Below are positions 7,337-16,426 of a stretch of 50,328 bases of DNA, piece by piece. This stretch comes from a virus: IMG/VR virus record IMGVR_UViG_3300024259_000003. One strand, given 5' to 3'. The number at the start of each line of letters is the position of its first letter. The stretch's first letter is position 1. The position numbers and the translations under genes are program-made. Under the pieces are notes generated by a model. That model was given only the letters and a program-made list of their open reading frames with translations. It ran no database searches and had not been told where the DNA came from.

Positions 7337-8713
7337 ATGCCAATCGAAGGCACACATGTAATTGCTCTCAAGGTGGAAGGATTTTTAAGGCTCGAAGCTA
7401 TCGAGCTTGGGTTCTCCCCGGAGAGTGGGATTGTTCAAATAACTGGCAAAAACAAGCAAGGAAAATCATCGGTCGTGAAGTCGATGGTATACTTGCTCTC
7501 GGGCGGGAAGATCAAGCCTGATGATCCAGTTTATAAGGGCATGGACAAAGCGAAGCTCAGCGTCACGCTGGACGATAAAACGGAGATTGTGATCTCCTGC
7601 CCGAAGGACGGTAAGCAAACGCTCACCATCACGAATGCCAACAAAGCAAAGTATTCATCTCCACAAGCCCTCCTTAAAAAGCTCATCGGACCATCATCAT
7701 TTGATTTGAGGACTTTCTCTCAGGAAAATTCCAAAACTGCCGAGGGCAGACGGAAGCAGGTCGAACTCCTCCTTCAAGCGATCGGGAAGCGCGACGAGCT
7801 ATTTGAGATCGAGCAGAAGCAATCGCAAATCGATGAACAGCGAAAGCTCATCAATGCAGATCTGCGGTCACTCAATGCTCGGGTAGCTAAGCTCCCAACA
7901 CCTGATGAAGAAACGGACCCCGAGCTGAAATCAGCCGACAGTATTTTTGATCGGATGCAACAGGCTGAAAAGAAAAACGAAAGCAACAAGCGCATCCGGG
8001 ATGAGAAATCATCCGCATATGATAAGATGATCGAGCTTGGCGAGGATGTTACTTCCGATGAGGCAAAGGTATCGAATCTCGAAATCGCGCTGAAAGAAGC
8101 AAGAGATAGTCTGATTCAGGTAAAAGGGTACGCTGAGGATGCCTCAGAATATTACGAGATGATCTCCGCTGAAGCGAATGGGCTTGCCGATGACATTCCG
8201 ATCGATCCGATCCGCGAAGAGCTAAAAAACATCAACGCACTGAACGAACCGATCAGGCAGAAAATTGAATACCTCAAGCTCGTCGCTGAGGTTGAATCTG
8301 TTGATAAAAATTCAAAAGAGCATACAGCGAAGATCCGGAAGCTCAACGATGACAAAGCGAGATTACTCACTGATGAGAACTCCCCGGTTAAGGGACTCAC
8401 GCTTGATCCTGATGGTGATGGATTGCTATACAAACGAATCAGGCTTCAAAGTATAGCAGAATCGGAAAGTGTCTTGATCGGACTCGAGCTTGTGGTTAAA
8501 CAGGACCCGCAGATTAAAACGATTTTCATCGAGCGGGGAGAATCACTTGACTCTGAGACTATGGCCGGAATTGATGCTTTCTGTAAAGAAAATAATATTC
8601 AATGTATTGTCGAGCGGGTTGACGAGACTGGCAAGGTCGGGATCGTGATTGAAGCAGGAGCGGTCAAAGCAGACAACCGGGTTGAATCTTCAGAACTGAA
8701 ATTTAAGGATTAA
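7337..8713 (+). CDS. SMC/RecF/SbcC-like AAA ATPase with a coiled-coil middle
   Basis: N-terminal Walker A ITGKNKQGKSSVVKS, a long charged coiled-coil-like centre, and a C-terminal IKTIFIERGESLD Walker-B-like motif. Confidence 0.7.
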   Translation: MPIEGTHVIALKVEGFLRLEAIELGFSPESGIVQITGKNKQGKSSVVKSMVYLLSGGKIKPDDPVYKGMDKAKLSVTLDDKTEIVISCPKDGKQTLTITNANKAKYSSPQALLKKLIGPSSFDLRTFSQENSKTAEGRRKQVELLLQAIGKRDELFEIEQKQSQIDEQRKLINADLRSLNARVAKLPTPDEETDPELKSADSIFDRMQQAEKKNESNKRIRDEKSSAYDKMIELGEDVTSDEAKVSNLEIALKEARDSLIQVKGYAEDASEYYEMISAEANGLADDIPIDPIREELKNINALNEPIRQKIEYLKLVAEVESVDKNSKEHTAKIRKLNDDKARLLTDENSPVKGLTLDPDGDGLLYKRIRLQSIAESESVLIGLELVVKQDPQIKTIFIERGESLDSETMAGIDAFCKENNIQCIVERVDETGKVGIVIEAGAVKADNRVESSELKFKD

Positions 8714-8722
8714 GGGGTCGAT

Positions 8723-9346
8723 ATGAAAGATCGGTTGTTTGATATCACTGATGAAATGAAGTCCATCGAGGCTGTCTTGCTTGACAATGGAGGCGAGCTT
8801 ACCGAGGAGTTGATCGAAAGACTTGATGCCTCCGAGGAGAAGCTCGAGAAAAAGGTCGAGAATTACGTTTATGTTATCAATCATAACGACGCGCGAGCAA
8901 AGGAGGCTGGTGGTGAAGTTAAGCGGATATCAGCTCTGAAAAAAACGCGAGTCTCATTAGTTGATTCATTAAAAGCGAGGTTGCTTTATTACCTCGAGCT
9001 GGTCAAGAAAACCAAAGTTGAGACACCAACCGCCGTCGTATCGGTTGTGAACAATTCTCAGCCGAGTGTTGAATGGATGGGAACTGATCTTGATATCCCG
9101 GAAGCGATGAAGCTCGAGAAGGTCGAACTTGATAAAAAATATCTCGTCGCGCTGGTTATCGAGCATCTCGAATCAGTATTCAGACATCAAGATCTCAACA
9201 CGAAGATCGCGCAGATGAAAGAGAGCGGTGAAGACTGCACGAAGGAAGTAAGCGAGTTCAATATTCTCGGCAACGACTTAGAGGAAGCCGGGATTCCAAT
9301 TGATTATATTTGGGTCACGAAAGGCAAACATCTAAGGATTAGATAA
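8723..9346 (+). CDS. Siphovirus Gp157-like protein
   Basis: The coiled-coil N-terminus (ITDEMKSIEAVLLDNGGELTEELIERLD...) and the position between the ATPase and the ERF recombinase are typical of Gp157 family members (by eye). Confidence 0.45.
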   Translation: MKDRLFDITDEMKSIEAVLLDNGGELTEELIERLDASEEKLEKKVENYVYVINHNDARAKEAGGEVKRISALKKTRVSLVDSLKARLLYYLELVKKTKVETPTAVVSVVNNSQPSVEWMGTDLDIPEAMKLEKVELDKKYLVALVIEHLESVFRHQDLNTKIAQMKESGEDCTKEVSEFNILGNDLEEAGIPIDYIWVTKGKHLRIR

Positions 9347-10593
9347 TGGGAAAAAAGAAAATTGAAGAGAAAAACGATCCTGTCGACATTACTCCTGTCG
9401 CGGGATTAAATCTCTACCAGAAGCTCAACCGGATACAGGCGGAGATTGAAACCGCACCTCAAAGCGGTCACAATAAGTTTAGCGGGTATTATTACTCAAC
9501 CGAGGATGACATAATGAGTGTGTTGAGACCCCTGCTTATTAAGTACTCAATCGCCATTATCTGTACTCCAGTCAAGCACGGGACTTGGAGACAGGTAACA
9601 ACATCAAAGGGAAAAATTGAGTTTATTGAGGAGGTAAGACTCAAGGTCAAGATTGTTAACGCTGACAATCCGGAAGAGAAAGAGTCAATCGTTGTTTATG
9701 GATACGGTCAGGATGGCGGAGATAAAGGGACGTACATCGCATATACTGGCGCGAAAAAGTACGGGCTTTCAATGATGTTCCTTATCTCATCCGCGCTCGA
9801 TGTTGGACACGATAAGGAATCCGGAGACAATGTGAGTGGCAACAACACGCAACGACCACCGCAGAATCAGAACCAGCGACCACCAGCGCGGAAGCAACAA
9901 CAACAGCGTCCAGTTAATCAGATCAACAATCAACCACCATCTGCACCACCAGCGCAGCAACAACAGACTCCACCGCCAGCGCAGAAAACATTTGCTCCTC
10001 CGGTAGACCAGACTCCGGCTCAACCAGCGCGGACACCGTTCGATGTGCAGGGGTTTATTAACGAGGTGTTACGATCCCCAGACTTCGGGACATTTACGGT
10101 TAAGGAAGAATCTCTTCGCAACTTGGATGCTGCATTGAGCGGATCGATCATCGTTGACGATAAGAAAAAGATTGTTCAAACATTATCACAGCGAGCGCGC
10201 GACCTGATCCTTCAGGCTAAAACGTGGAACGAGATTGATGTTTGGGATCAATGGCTTGCATCTGAACCGACTCTGAAAATGTACTCAGAGCAATCAAGAA
10301 AGTTTATACAAAAAGCGGTTGATACAGTACATGCCGGATTTAATAACAAGTCAGGCGAGACTCCGGTTGAAAATCCAGCAGAGACTCCCGGACCTGATAC
10401 CGCAGACCAAAAGGTTGATCCCGGTCAGCCTACGTTTACAGATATCGCGACTAAGTTCAAATCAGCATCGGAGGCGGAGATAGCATCGTTATCTGAGGAG
10501 TATGGTGGTTTCATCTTCGCACTCGGAGATGCTGAATCTAAAAAACTGAATTCGATAATCGATATGCGGAAAAAGATTCTCGGAAAGATTTAA
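9346..10593 (+). CDS. ERF-family single-strand annealing protein with a Q/P-rich linker and a C-terminal extension
   Basis: LYQKLNRIQAEIE...GHNKFSGYYYSTEDDIMSVLRPLLIKYSIAI is the characteristic ERF N-terminal pattern. A low-complexity QRPPQNQNQRPP...QQQTPPPAQ stretch follows. Confidence 0.7.
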   Translation: MGKKKIEEKNDPVDITPVAGLNLYQKLNRIQAEIETAPQSGHNKFSGYYYSTEDDIMSVLRPLLIKYSIAIICTPVKHGTWRQVTTSKGKIEFIEEVRLKVKIVNADNPEEKESIVVYGYGQDGGDKGTYIAYTGAKKYGLSMMFLISSALDVGHDKESGDNVSGNNTQRPPQNQNQRPPARKQQQQRPVNQINNQPPSAPPAQQQQTPPPAQKTFAPPVDQTPAQPARTPFDVQGFINEVLRSPDFGTFTVKEESLRNLDAALSGSIIVDDKKKIVQTLSQRARDLILQAKTWNEIDVWDQWLASEPTLKMYSEQSRKFIQKAVDTVHAGFNNKSGETPVENPAETPGPDTADQKVDPGQPTFTDIATKFKSASEAEIASLSEEYGGFIFALGDAESKKLNSIIDMRKKILGKI

Positions 10594-10607
10594 GGAGGGA
10601 TGATTAA

Positions 10608-10868
10608 ATGTCAAACACCTTTGAATGCCCGAACGACTTTGTTTGTGACGGATGTAGGTTATCTCAATGTGATTTGCGGGATGAGCATTATCCAAATGTC
10701 CTTGAAATTATAGAAGAAATCTCGAATTTAAAAACACTGCAAGACGTTCGGGACCATCGCTCATGTAACGATACAACATTAGATGAGGTTGGTCCCATAG
10801 ATTCTTCTGAGATTCAATACCTATGGGACGAAAAGACAGTGCTACTGTTCATAAAAAAGGAGGATTAG
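10608..10868 (+). CDS. Hypothetical Cys-containing small protein
   Basis: SD aaggaggg before the ATG; CPNDFVCDGC motif. Confidence 0.45.
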   Translation: MSNTFECPNDFVCDGCRLSQCDLRDEHYPNVLEIIEEISNLKTLQDVRDHRSCNDTTLDEVGPIDSSEIQYLWDEKTVLLFIKKED

Positions 10869-11431
10869 TGCGGGACTTTACACTTATTCGGATCGATGGA
10901 GAAAAGGTGTGCCTGAAGTACTACGTTGAGCAACCTGATTTGACGGTTGTAAATTACACGTTAGAATCAAAGGGCGCACCTGATCCGCTGTTCAGGAAAA
11001 CGATGCACTCTCTCAACCAATATATTGCAGACTTGGTTGAGGTGAGTGAACAGGGATGGGACTCGGATATTGCTATCAAGGATGTAAGATTCAACCTTGA
11101 TGATGATATGGTTTTCGTTAGCTTTGTAGCGATCAAGCCAATGGCAAATTCATCTGAACCATTTGAATTTACAACACCGCAGAGACCTGTTGCTCGAGGT
11201 GTTAAATCAAAGCCGGAAGAATCTGGCGGACCATCCGACGAGGAGGCTGATGGTGATAATAAGACTCACTATCTCCCGCTCGAATGCGTCAAGATCCTTG
11301 CTCGACTTTGCAAGCGAGCCGAGGATTACATCGAGGGAAAGCGAGCGCAACTGACTCTCGATTTAGAGGTGATTCCAAACAAGCATAAATCTAAGGCTCA
11401 GATCGAGGACGAGCGCAAGGAAGTAGCTTGA
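10868..11431 (+). CDS. Hypothetical protein
   Basis: GGAGG at 10859-10863 lies 4 nt before GTG 10868, which overlaps the upstream stop. The track ORF begins earlier at 10823 inside the upstream gene. Confidence 0.45.
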   Translation: MRDFTLIRIDGEKVCLKYYVEQPDLTVVNYTLESKGAPDPLFRKTMHSLNQYIADLVEVSEQGWDSDIAIKDVRFNLDDDMVFVSFVAIKPMANSSEPFEFTTPQRPVARGVKSKPEESGGPSDEEADGDNKTHYLPLECVKILARLCKRAEDYIEGKRAQLTLDLEVIPNKHKSKAQIEDERKEVA

Positions 11432-13149
11432 TAATTTGTTTCGACAACGACAGGTATGTCGCTCAGTCTGATTTTCGTGAGCGACATACCTTGAAAGATG
11501 CGGGGTTTTATTGGGATGGCGATTCGAAACTCTGGTTCACTCGCGATCCTCGAAGAGCTGTTAAGCTGTTTGACTCCTGCGACGATACCTGCCGGGAGGT
11601 TCTCACCGGATTAGGAATAACACCAATCATTGAAAAGGAAAAAAAGATTGTATCATCCCGCGCACTGGATGCTGATGTTGATATCCCATCACCGAAAGGG
11701 CTTGTATACATGCCCTTTCAGCGAGCAGGGATAGACTTTATTAATAACCGGGGTAATGTACTCCTCGGGGATGAGATGGGATTGGGGAAGACTATTCAGG
11801 TCATCGGGTATATGAATTTGTGCGATGGTGAATTAAGCTCGGACATGAACTCTGATTCGTTTGATAAACTATATAAATATCCGGTGCTGATTATCTGCCC
11901 GGCATCACTGAAGCGGAACTGGTATAATGAAATTACAAAATGGATGGTGCGAAGGCACAGCATCGTTATTGTAGATTCGAAAATGAAGCGGATTCCGAAA
12001 GCGGAAATCGTGATCATTAATTATGACATCGTGAAGAAATTTCCAGAACAATTAAAAGCGTTCGATTGGGAGATGATAGTCTGCGACGAAGCGCATCGAT
12101 TGAAGAATTCTAAAACGGGATGGACCAAAGTAATCCTCGGGAAAAAGACTTTTGAATATAAGGGCGGGATTATTGAGGGTGATGCAAAGCTGGTTTATCT
12201 GACGGGGACTCCAATCCCTAACCGGGTGAAGGAGATCTGGACATTGATATCATCGCTCGATTCAGTACAATGGCGCAATCAGACGATATTTAAACGGAGG
12301 TATTGCGCAGCATATAAAAATGATTATGGTCAGTATGTCGATACAGGCGCATCTAACCTTGATGAATTGCAGGAAAAAATGAGGTCTTCGTTTATGATCA
12401 GGCGTTTGAAGTCTGAAGTATTGACCGATCTCCCGAGTAAGTTTAGACAGGTGATTGAGCTTGATTGTAACTCTCCAGAATGCAGAAGAGTTGTTGCTCA
12501 AGAGTTATTGGAGTATGATCGAAAAAAAGCTCGTATTAAATCTCTAGTAAGTAAGGTTGATTCTCTTCGGAAGTCTGATAATACAGATGCATACAAGGAC
12601 GCTGTGCAGAAACTTAATCAAGCTCGGTTGACTGATCTATCTAAAATGGCAGAGCTTCGTAAGGCTACCGCAGTCGCGAAACTCCCGCAAGTAATATCGC
12701 ATATAAAATCAGTATTGCTCGAGACTAAAAAGGTTGTCGTTTTCGCTCATCATCATGTGATACTGGATGAGCTGATCAGGCAATTTCCGGGAAGCGCGGT
12801 TCTCACTGGTAAAACATCAACATCCGGAAGTAAGAGGCAAGACAGCGTTGATTATTTTCAGGAAACCCCGGAATGTAGGGTATTCATCGGACAAATTCAG
12901 GCTGCAGGGGTGGGAATTACATTAACAGCATCCAACGTTGTTATATTTGCCGAGATGGACTGGACACATGCGAACATGGCGCAAGCTGAGGATCGATGCC
13001 ACCGGATCGGACAAACAAAAGGTGTGCTGGTTCAGTACTTGGTACTCGACGGAAGTCTGGATTCACATATGGCTAAAATGCTCGTTTCGAAAGAAGATAT
13101 CGCGAATCGGGCTTTAGATAAAAAACCAATGCAAGCAGAATTAATTTAA
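11428..13149 (+). CDS. SNF2-family helicase/translocase
   Basis: LGDEMGLGKTIQ (motif I), DEAHRLKN (II), LTGTPIPNR (III), QAEDRCHRIGQ (VI). Confidence 0.9.
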   Translation: MIICFDNDRYVAQSDFRERHTLKDAGFYWDGDSKLWFTRDPRRAVKLFDSCDDTCREVLTGLGITPIIEKEKKIVSSRALDADVDIPSPKGLVYMPFQRAGIDFINNRGNVLLGDEMGLGKTIQVIGYMNLCDGELSSDMNSDSFDKLYKYPVLIICPASLKRNWYNEITKWMVRRHSIVIVDSKMKRIPKAEIVIINYDIVKKFPEQLKAFDWEMIVCDEAHRLKNSKTGWTKVILGKKTFEYKGGIIEGDAKLVYLTGTPIPNRVKEIWTLISSLDSVQWRNQTIFKRRYCAAYKNDYGQYVDTGASNLDELQEKMRSSFMIRRLKSEVLTDLPSKFRQVIELDCNSPECRRVVAQELLEYDRKKARIKSLVSKVDSLRKSDNTDAYKDAVQKLNQARLTDLSKMAELRKATAVAKLPQVISHIKSVLLETKKVVVFAHHHVILDELIRQFPGSAVLTGKTSTSGSKRQDSVDYFQETPECRVFIGQIQAAGVGITLTASNVVIFAEMDWTHANMAQAEDRCHRIGQTKGVLVQYLVLDGSLDSHMAKMLVSKEDIANRALDKKPMQAELI

Positions 13150-13159
13150 GGGGTCGGAA

Positions 13160-13399
13160 ATGAGTAAGGTCGCAGGAATGCCAAGCGTCGTGACGTTTCA
13201 GGAAATAGAAGATAGGGAGTTGTTTGTAGATATTAATAATCATAAAATGATTCATTGCAAGCTCCCGTGGTTCGAGAATAGTAGTGGAGCAACATGTAAT
13301 GCAATCTGTGTTGACAGCTTTTCTCTCAAATGCTTTTCACATGATATGAAGGTTTATAGAGCAGAGCAGACGGTTGAGGCTTCGTACAAGATCGTTTAG
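13160..13399 (+). CDS. Hypothetical protein
   Basis: ORF preceded by the aaggggtcggaaATG motif. Confidence 0.45.
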   Translation: MSKVAGMPSVVTFQEIEDRELFVDINNHKMIHCKLPWFENSSGATCNAICVDSFSLKCFSHDMKVYRAEQTVEASYKIV

Positions 13400-13437
13400 A
13401 GCTTGATTTTGTGAAAGATTGGGTTTATATTATGATC

Positions 13438-13519
13438 GTTACCTTTGTACGATCAGTTTTAGTCAATGCCCCGGCTCGTCTTTCACATAAGTGCAAAGGT
13501 AACAGCGACCGGGGCATTG
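13438..13519 (+). other. Interleaved double-helix RNA/DNA element (pseudoknot topology or two alternative hairpins)
   Basis: Helix 1 pairs 13438-13450 (gttacctttgtac) with 13491-13503 (gtgcaaaggtaac): 13 bp with one G-U. Helix 2 pairs 13464-13474 (caatgccccgg) with 13509-13519 (ccggggcattg): 11 bp. The order of arms is 1-2-1'-2'. Confidence 0.55.
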
Positions 13520-13548
13520 CTGTTTATTAAATAAAGGGGTCGGATAAA

Positions 13549-13833
13549 ATGACATTACAGGAATTATCAGACATCACCAAAGCGCAGATAGAAATACTCA
13601 ACAGACCAACATCTTGCAGAGATATTTCGCGATGGTATGCTTCGTTTGAAAGCTCGGGTATAAAATGTGATAGTGTCCTAACTGCCACATTTGGCAATGG
13701 GAATACACCTGAAGAGGCTCTTGAGAATTATGCTGACAGTCTAAGGGGAAAAACTCTTGTTATTGGTGAATTGGGATGTAGCGGTAAAAATCGCAGAGAG
13801 TTTATTGTTCCCGTCACGTTAACTGCTTTTTAA
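13549..13833 (+). CDS. Hypothetical protein
   Basis: ORF preceded by aaaggggtcggataaaATG. Confidence 0.45.
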   Translation: MTLQELSDITKAQIEILNRPTSCRDISRWYASFESSGIKCDSVLTATFGNGNTPEEALENYADSLRGKTLVIGELGCSGKNRREFIVPVTLTAF

Positions 13834-13847
13834 CAAAAGAGAATCAG

Positions 13848-14039
13848 GTGATACAGATTAATCCAGAAGACAATCCCATCATCAAGACTCTTTACGATGA
13901 TGCGCGAAAAATCAAGCGCGATCGGTTGGCTGATCAGAAACCGATCGGATTCAAAAACAACTCAATTGAGAGTCAGAAAAATGCTGATGCAAATCAACAA
14001 TTCTTGATTCACCAGTGGGAAAGGAGCAGGGGATTATGA
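13848..14039 (+). CDS. Hypothetical protein
   Basis: ORF only (GTG start). Confidence 0.35.
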   Translation: MIQINPEDNPIIKTLYDDARKIKRDRLADQKPIGFKNNSIESQKNADANQQFLIHQWERSRGL

Positions 14040-14428
14040 AAGCAGTCTCAATCAGGCAACCATGGGGCTTTGCAATTCTTCACCTCGGAAAGGATATTGA
14101 GAATAGAACATGGAATACGCGCATCCGAGGTCGGGTACTTATTCACGTAGGAAAGCAACGGGATCTTCGGCATAATTTGCTGATCAGGAACGATCCTCGC
14201 TTTGATAACTTTCATTATGATTCGAAGGAGACCTCAGAATTAGCAAAGCGGGGAGGCATCATCGGCTCTGTTGAGATCATTGATTGTTTTCATTCCAGTG
14301 ATCCGAAAGTAAAAGATAACGTCTGGAATGATAGGGCGGGGTATTGTTGGCTATTAGCGAATCCGATAGCCCTGCCATTCAGAGAATTAAAAGGTCAGCA
14401 AATGTTTTTCGAGGTGCCAGATGAGTAA
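14036..14428 (+). CDS. ASCH-domain-like protein
   Basis: AAGGAG lies 9 nt before ATG 14036. MKAVSIRQPWGFAILHLGKDIENRTW..RGRVLIHVG matches the N-terminal pattern of phage ASCH/PUA-like proteins. Confidence 0.55.
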   Translation: MKAVSIRQPWGFAILHLGKDIENRTWNTRIRGRVLIHVGKQRDLRHNLLIRNDPRFDNFHYDSKETSELAKRGGIIGSVEIIDCFHSSDPKVKDNVWNDRAGYCWLLANPIALPFRELKGQQMFFEVPDE

Positions 14429-14573
14429 AACATACGGGGTGATAATCCTTTGGTTACTGATATCCGCTGTAATCATCACACATGCTTTTCAGCACGGCTA
14501 CGGAACTATCACTCTTAGTGCTTATGTGATAGCGGGATTTGTGAAGCATTTTAACCGCAAGAGTGGAATATGA
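14421..14573 (+). CDS. Small two-TM membrane protein (50 aa; below the ORF-track cutoff)
   Basis: MSKTYGVIILWLLISAVIITHAFQHGYGTITLSAYVIAGFVKHFNRKSGI. It overlaps the upstream gene by 8 nt and the downstream gene by ATGA, and it fills an otherwise empty 140-bp gap. Confidence 0.5.
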   Translation: MSKTYGVIILWLLISAVIITHAFQHGYGTITLSAYVIAGFVKHFNRKSGI

Positions 14574-15463
14574 ATAAAACTAATATCGAATGGACAGATG
14601 AGACATGGAACCCGGTGACAGGATGCACCAAGATATCAACGGGGTGCCTGAATTGCTACGCGAAGGAAATGGCGAATCGACTGAAGTTAATGGGCGCGAA
14701 GCATTATCAACATCACAATCCCTTCGGTGTCCGAGCGAATCTTGATTCTCTTTATAAACCGATCCGGGGCAAGAAAGGCAAAAGAATATTCGTCTGCTCT
14801 ATGGGAGATCTATTTCACGAAGGCATCGAAAGTCAATGGCGCGATCAGGTGATTCATTCCGTCGCAATACAGCCGAAGCATACATTTCAGGTACTTACTA
14901 AGCGATCTGGAAATATGTTTAATTACATGACGGGAGAGGGACAATTGGTTGCAGCCCGAGCGGGAGTTCAGTCTCCAATTCCGAATCTCTGGCTTGGCGT
15001 GACTGCCGAGAATCAAGATCGCGCTGATGTGCGAATTCCGCTACTACTAAAGACTCCGGCATCGGTTCGGTTTGTATCGGTTGAACCGATGCTGGAGAAG
15101 GTTAACATCCTTCCATATATCGGGTATAATGCCTATAAATGCTCATGTGGCTGGCATGAAACCGAAATGGACATAGATCTGACAGGTTCACACCAGAACA
15201 GAAGTACTCGTTGTTATAGGTGCGGAAGTGAGTGTGAAGGTTATATAGCTTGCGATTGGGTGATCGTTGGTTGCGAGTCCGGACCCAAGCGCAGAGAATG
15301 CAAGATCGAATGGATCAGAGAGATTGTAGCTCAGTGCAAATCTGCAGGAGTCGCTTGTTTCGTCAAGCAGGTTAGCATCGACGGGAAAGTGGTCAAGGAT
15401 TGGAACGATCCGCGATTCCCGGAAGATCTTAAGATAAGGGAATTTCCTAATGAGAATATCTAA
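14570..15463 (+). CDS. Phage Gp37/Gp68 family protein (DUF5131) with an inserted Cys-rich segment
   Basis: MNKTNIEWTDETWNPVTGCTKISTGCLNCYA is the family signature N-terminus, and ...VIVGCESGP... is the conserved C-terminal part. An extra segment, YKCSCGWHE...RCYRCGSEC, sits between them. Confidence 0.75.
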   Translation: MNKTNIEWTDETWNPVTGCTKISTGCLNCYAKEMANRLKLMGAKHYQHHNPFGVRANLDSLYKPIRGKKGKRIFVCSMGDLFHEGIESQWRDQVIHSVAIQPKHTFQVLTKRSGNMFNYMTGEGQLVAARAGVQSPIPNLWLGVTAENQDRADVRIPLLLKTPASVRFVSVEPMLEKVNILPYIGYNAYKCSCGWHETEMDIDLTGSHQNRSTRCYRCGSECEGYIACDWVIVGCESGPKRRECKIEWIREIVAQCKSAGVACFVKQVSIDGKVVKDWNDPRFPEDLKIREFPNENI

Positions 15464-15713
15464 TGCAGAGAAGAAGCGTCGCGAAATCCTCGCAATCAAA
15501 CTGCTGATCCTGCTGTTGGGGCAATTCAATTGCACCGGAGTCAGCTCTCAATACATAAAGAAACGCTTTGATGCTGAGGGGCTTTCAATGACCTACGCTT
15601 ATCGAGCGCGTAGGCGTATCTGTGAAGAGGTCATCGATATTGTGATAATAGGATCTGATCCTAAATATTATGCTTGGAAAATCGATATTCAAAGAAAAAT
15701 ACCGGGGTCCTGA
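15450..15713 (+). CDS. Hypothetical protein
   Basis: ORF overlaps both neighbours. Confidence 0.4.
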   Translation: MRISNAEKKRREILAIKLLILLLGQFNCTGVSSQYIKKRFDAEGLSMTYAYRARRRICEEVIDIVIIGSDPKYYAWKIDIQRKIPGS

Positions 15714-15925
15714 TGAAACTTAGACAGTGTAAGTGCGGAAGTGAGGATATACACCTTGTAGATGATGGTGATGCTGATGAGCGATGGTATGCTTATGAAT
15801 GTGGGTTGTGTGGATTTAAGCCACTATTTGCGTCATCGACTCTTTATGCTGGATTAAAATGGGACAAGGCTATGATTTGTGTCGCGATAAAAAGAGAGAA
15901 TCTCCAGCGTGAGGCTAATTTATAA
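15713..15925 (+). CDS. Small zinc-ribbon protein, Lar (restriction alleviation)-like
   Basis: ATG 15713 overlaps the upstream stop (TGATG). MKLRQCKCGSE...YECGLCGF...GLKWDKA resembles the Lar-family CxC...CxxC...W(N/D) pattern. Confidence 0.35.
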   Translation: MKLRQCKCGSEDIHLVDDGDADERWYAYECGLCGFKPLFASSTLYAGLKWDKAMICVAIKRENLQREANL

Positions 15926-16278
15926 TGAAATTATTCGAACACGACTTCAACCCAAAGACTCGAAAACTGGAGATAGTGTTATTCGGCAAAATAACGATCG
16001 CAGTCAAGATACCAGAGAAAAAGCGTGGTCAAATCCAATATCACCTCAGTACAGGGCGCAGGAGGTACTTGTGCGGGATCAGGCTATCGAAAAAGCATCG
16101 GATCTATCACGTCGATACGGTTCGCGAAGTGACGTGTCCGATGTGTGGCGAAAAGCTCTGTCCGAACTGTGCGGTGAATGGATGCACCTCGATTCTGGTC
16201 GATGGCGAATGTGAACTGTGTCTCGGGGTGATCAAGGATATAATTGAATTCGAGCGGGAGGTGGAGAGTGAAAAATAA
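15925..16278 (+). CDS. Cys-rich zinc-finger protein
   Basis: CPMCGEKLCPNCAVNGC...ECELC. Confidence 0.45.
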   Translation: MKLFEHDFNPKTRKLEIVLFGKITIAVKIPEKKRGQIQYHLSTGRRRYLCGIRLSKKHRIYHVDTVREVTCPMCGEKLCPNCAVNGCTSILVDGECELCLGVIKDIIEFEREVESEK

Positions 16279-16426
16279 GGATATCCTCATCATCGACATT
16301 TCTGATATTTATGTCAATCTGATTATGGGCGAGCCGATCAAAAAGAAGCGCAAGACAATTATTGATATTTCGGTGGAGGCAATTAGGAAGCCAGTGGAAA
16401 ATAAATCAGAACGAGGTGAAGAGTGA
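16268..16426 (+). CDS. Hypothetical small protein
   Basis: ggaggtggag lies before GTG 16268; start is uncertain (the track gives 16244). Confidence 0.3.
   Translation: MKNKDILIIDISDIYVNLIMGEPIKKKRKTIIDISVEAIRKPVENKSERGEE

Noticed and set aside
15909-16214. 101-aa ORF overlapping 15925..16278 in another frame
   Set aside because: The alternative frame (15925..) has a clean start abutting the upstream stop and multiple CxxC zinc-finger motifs. The 15909 ORF is Arg/Ser-rich with no motif and starts inside the previous gene. It has no family-like sequence, unlike the MTase-embedded ORF.
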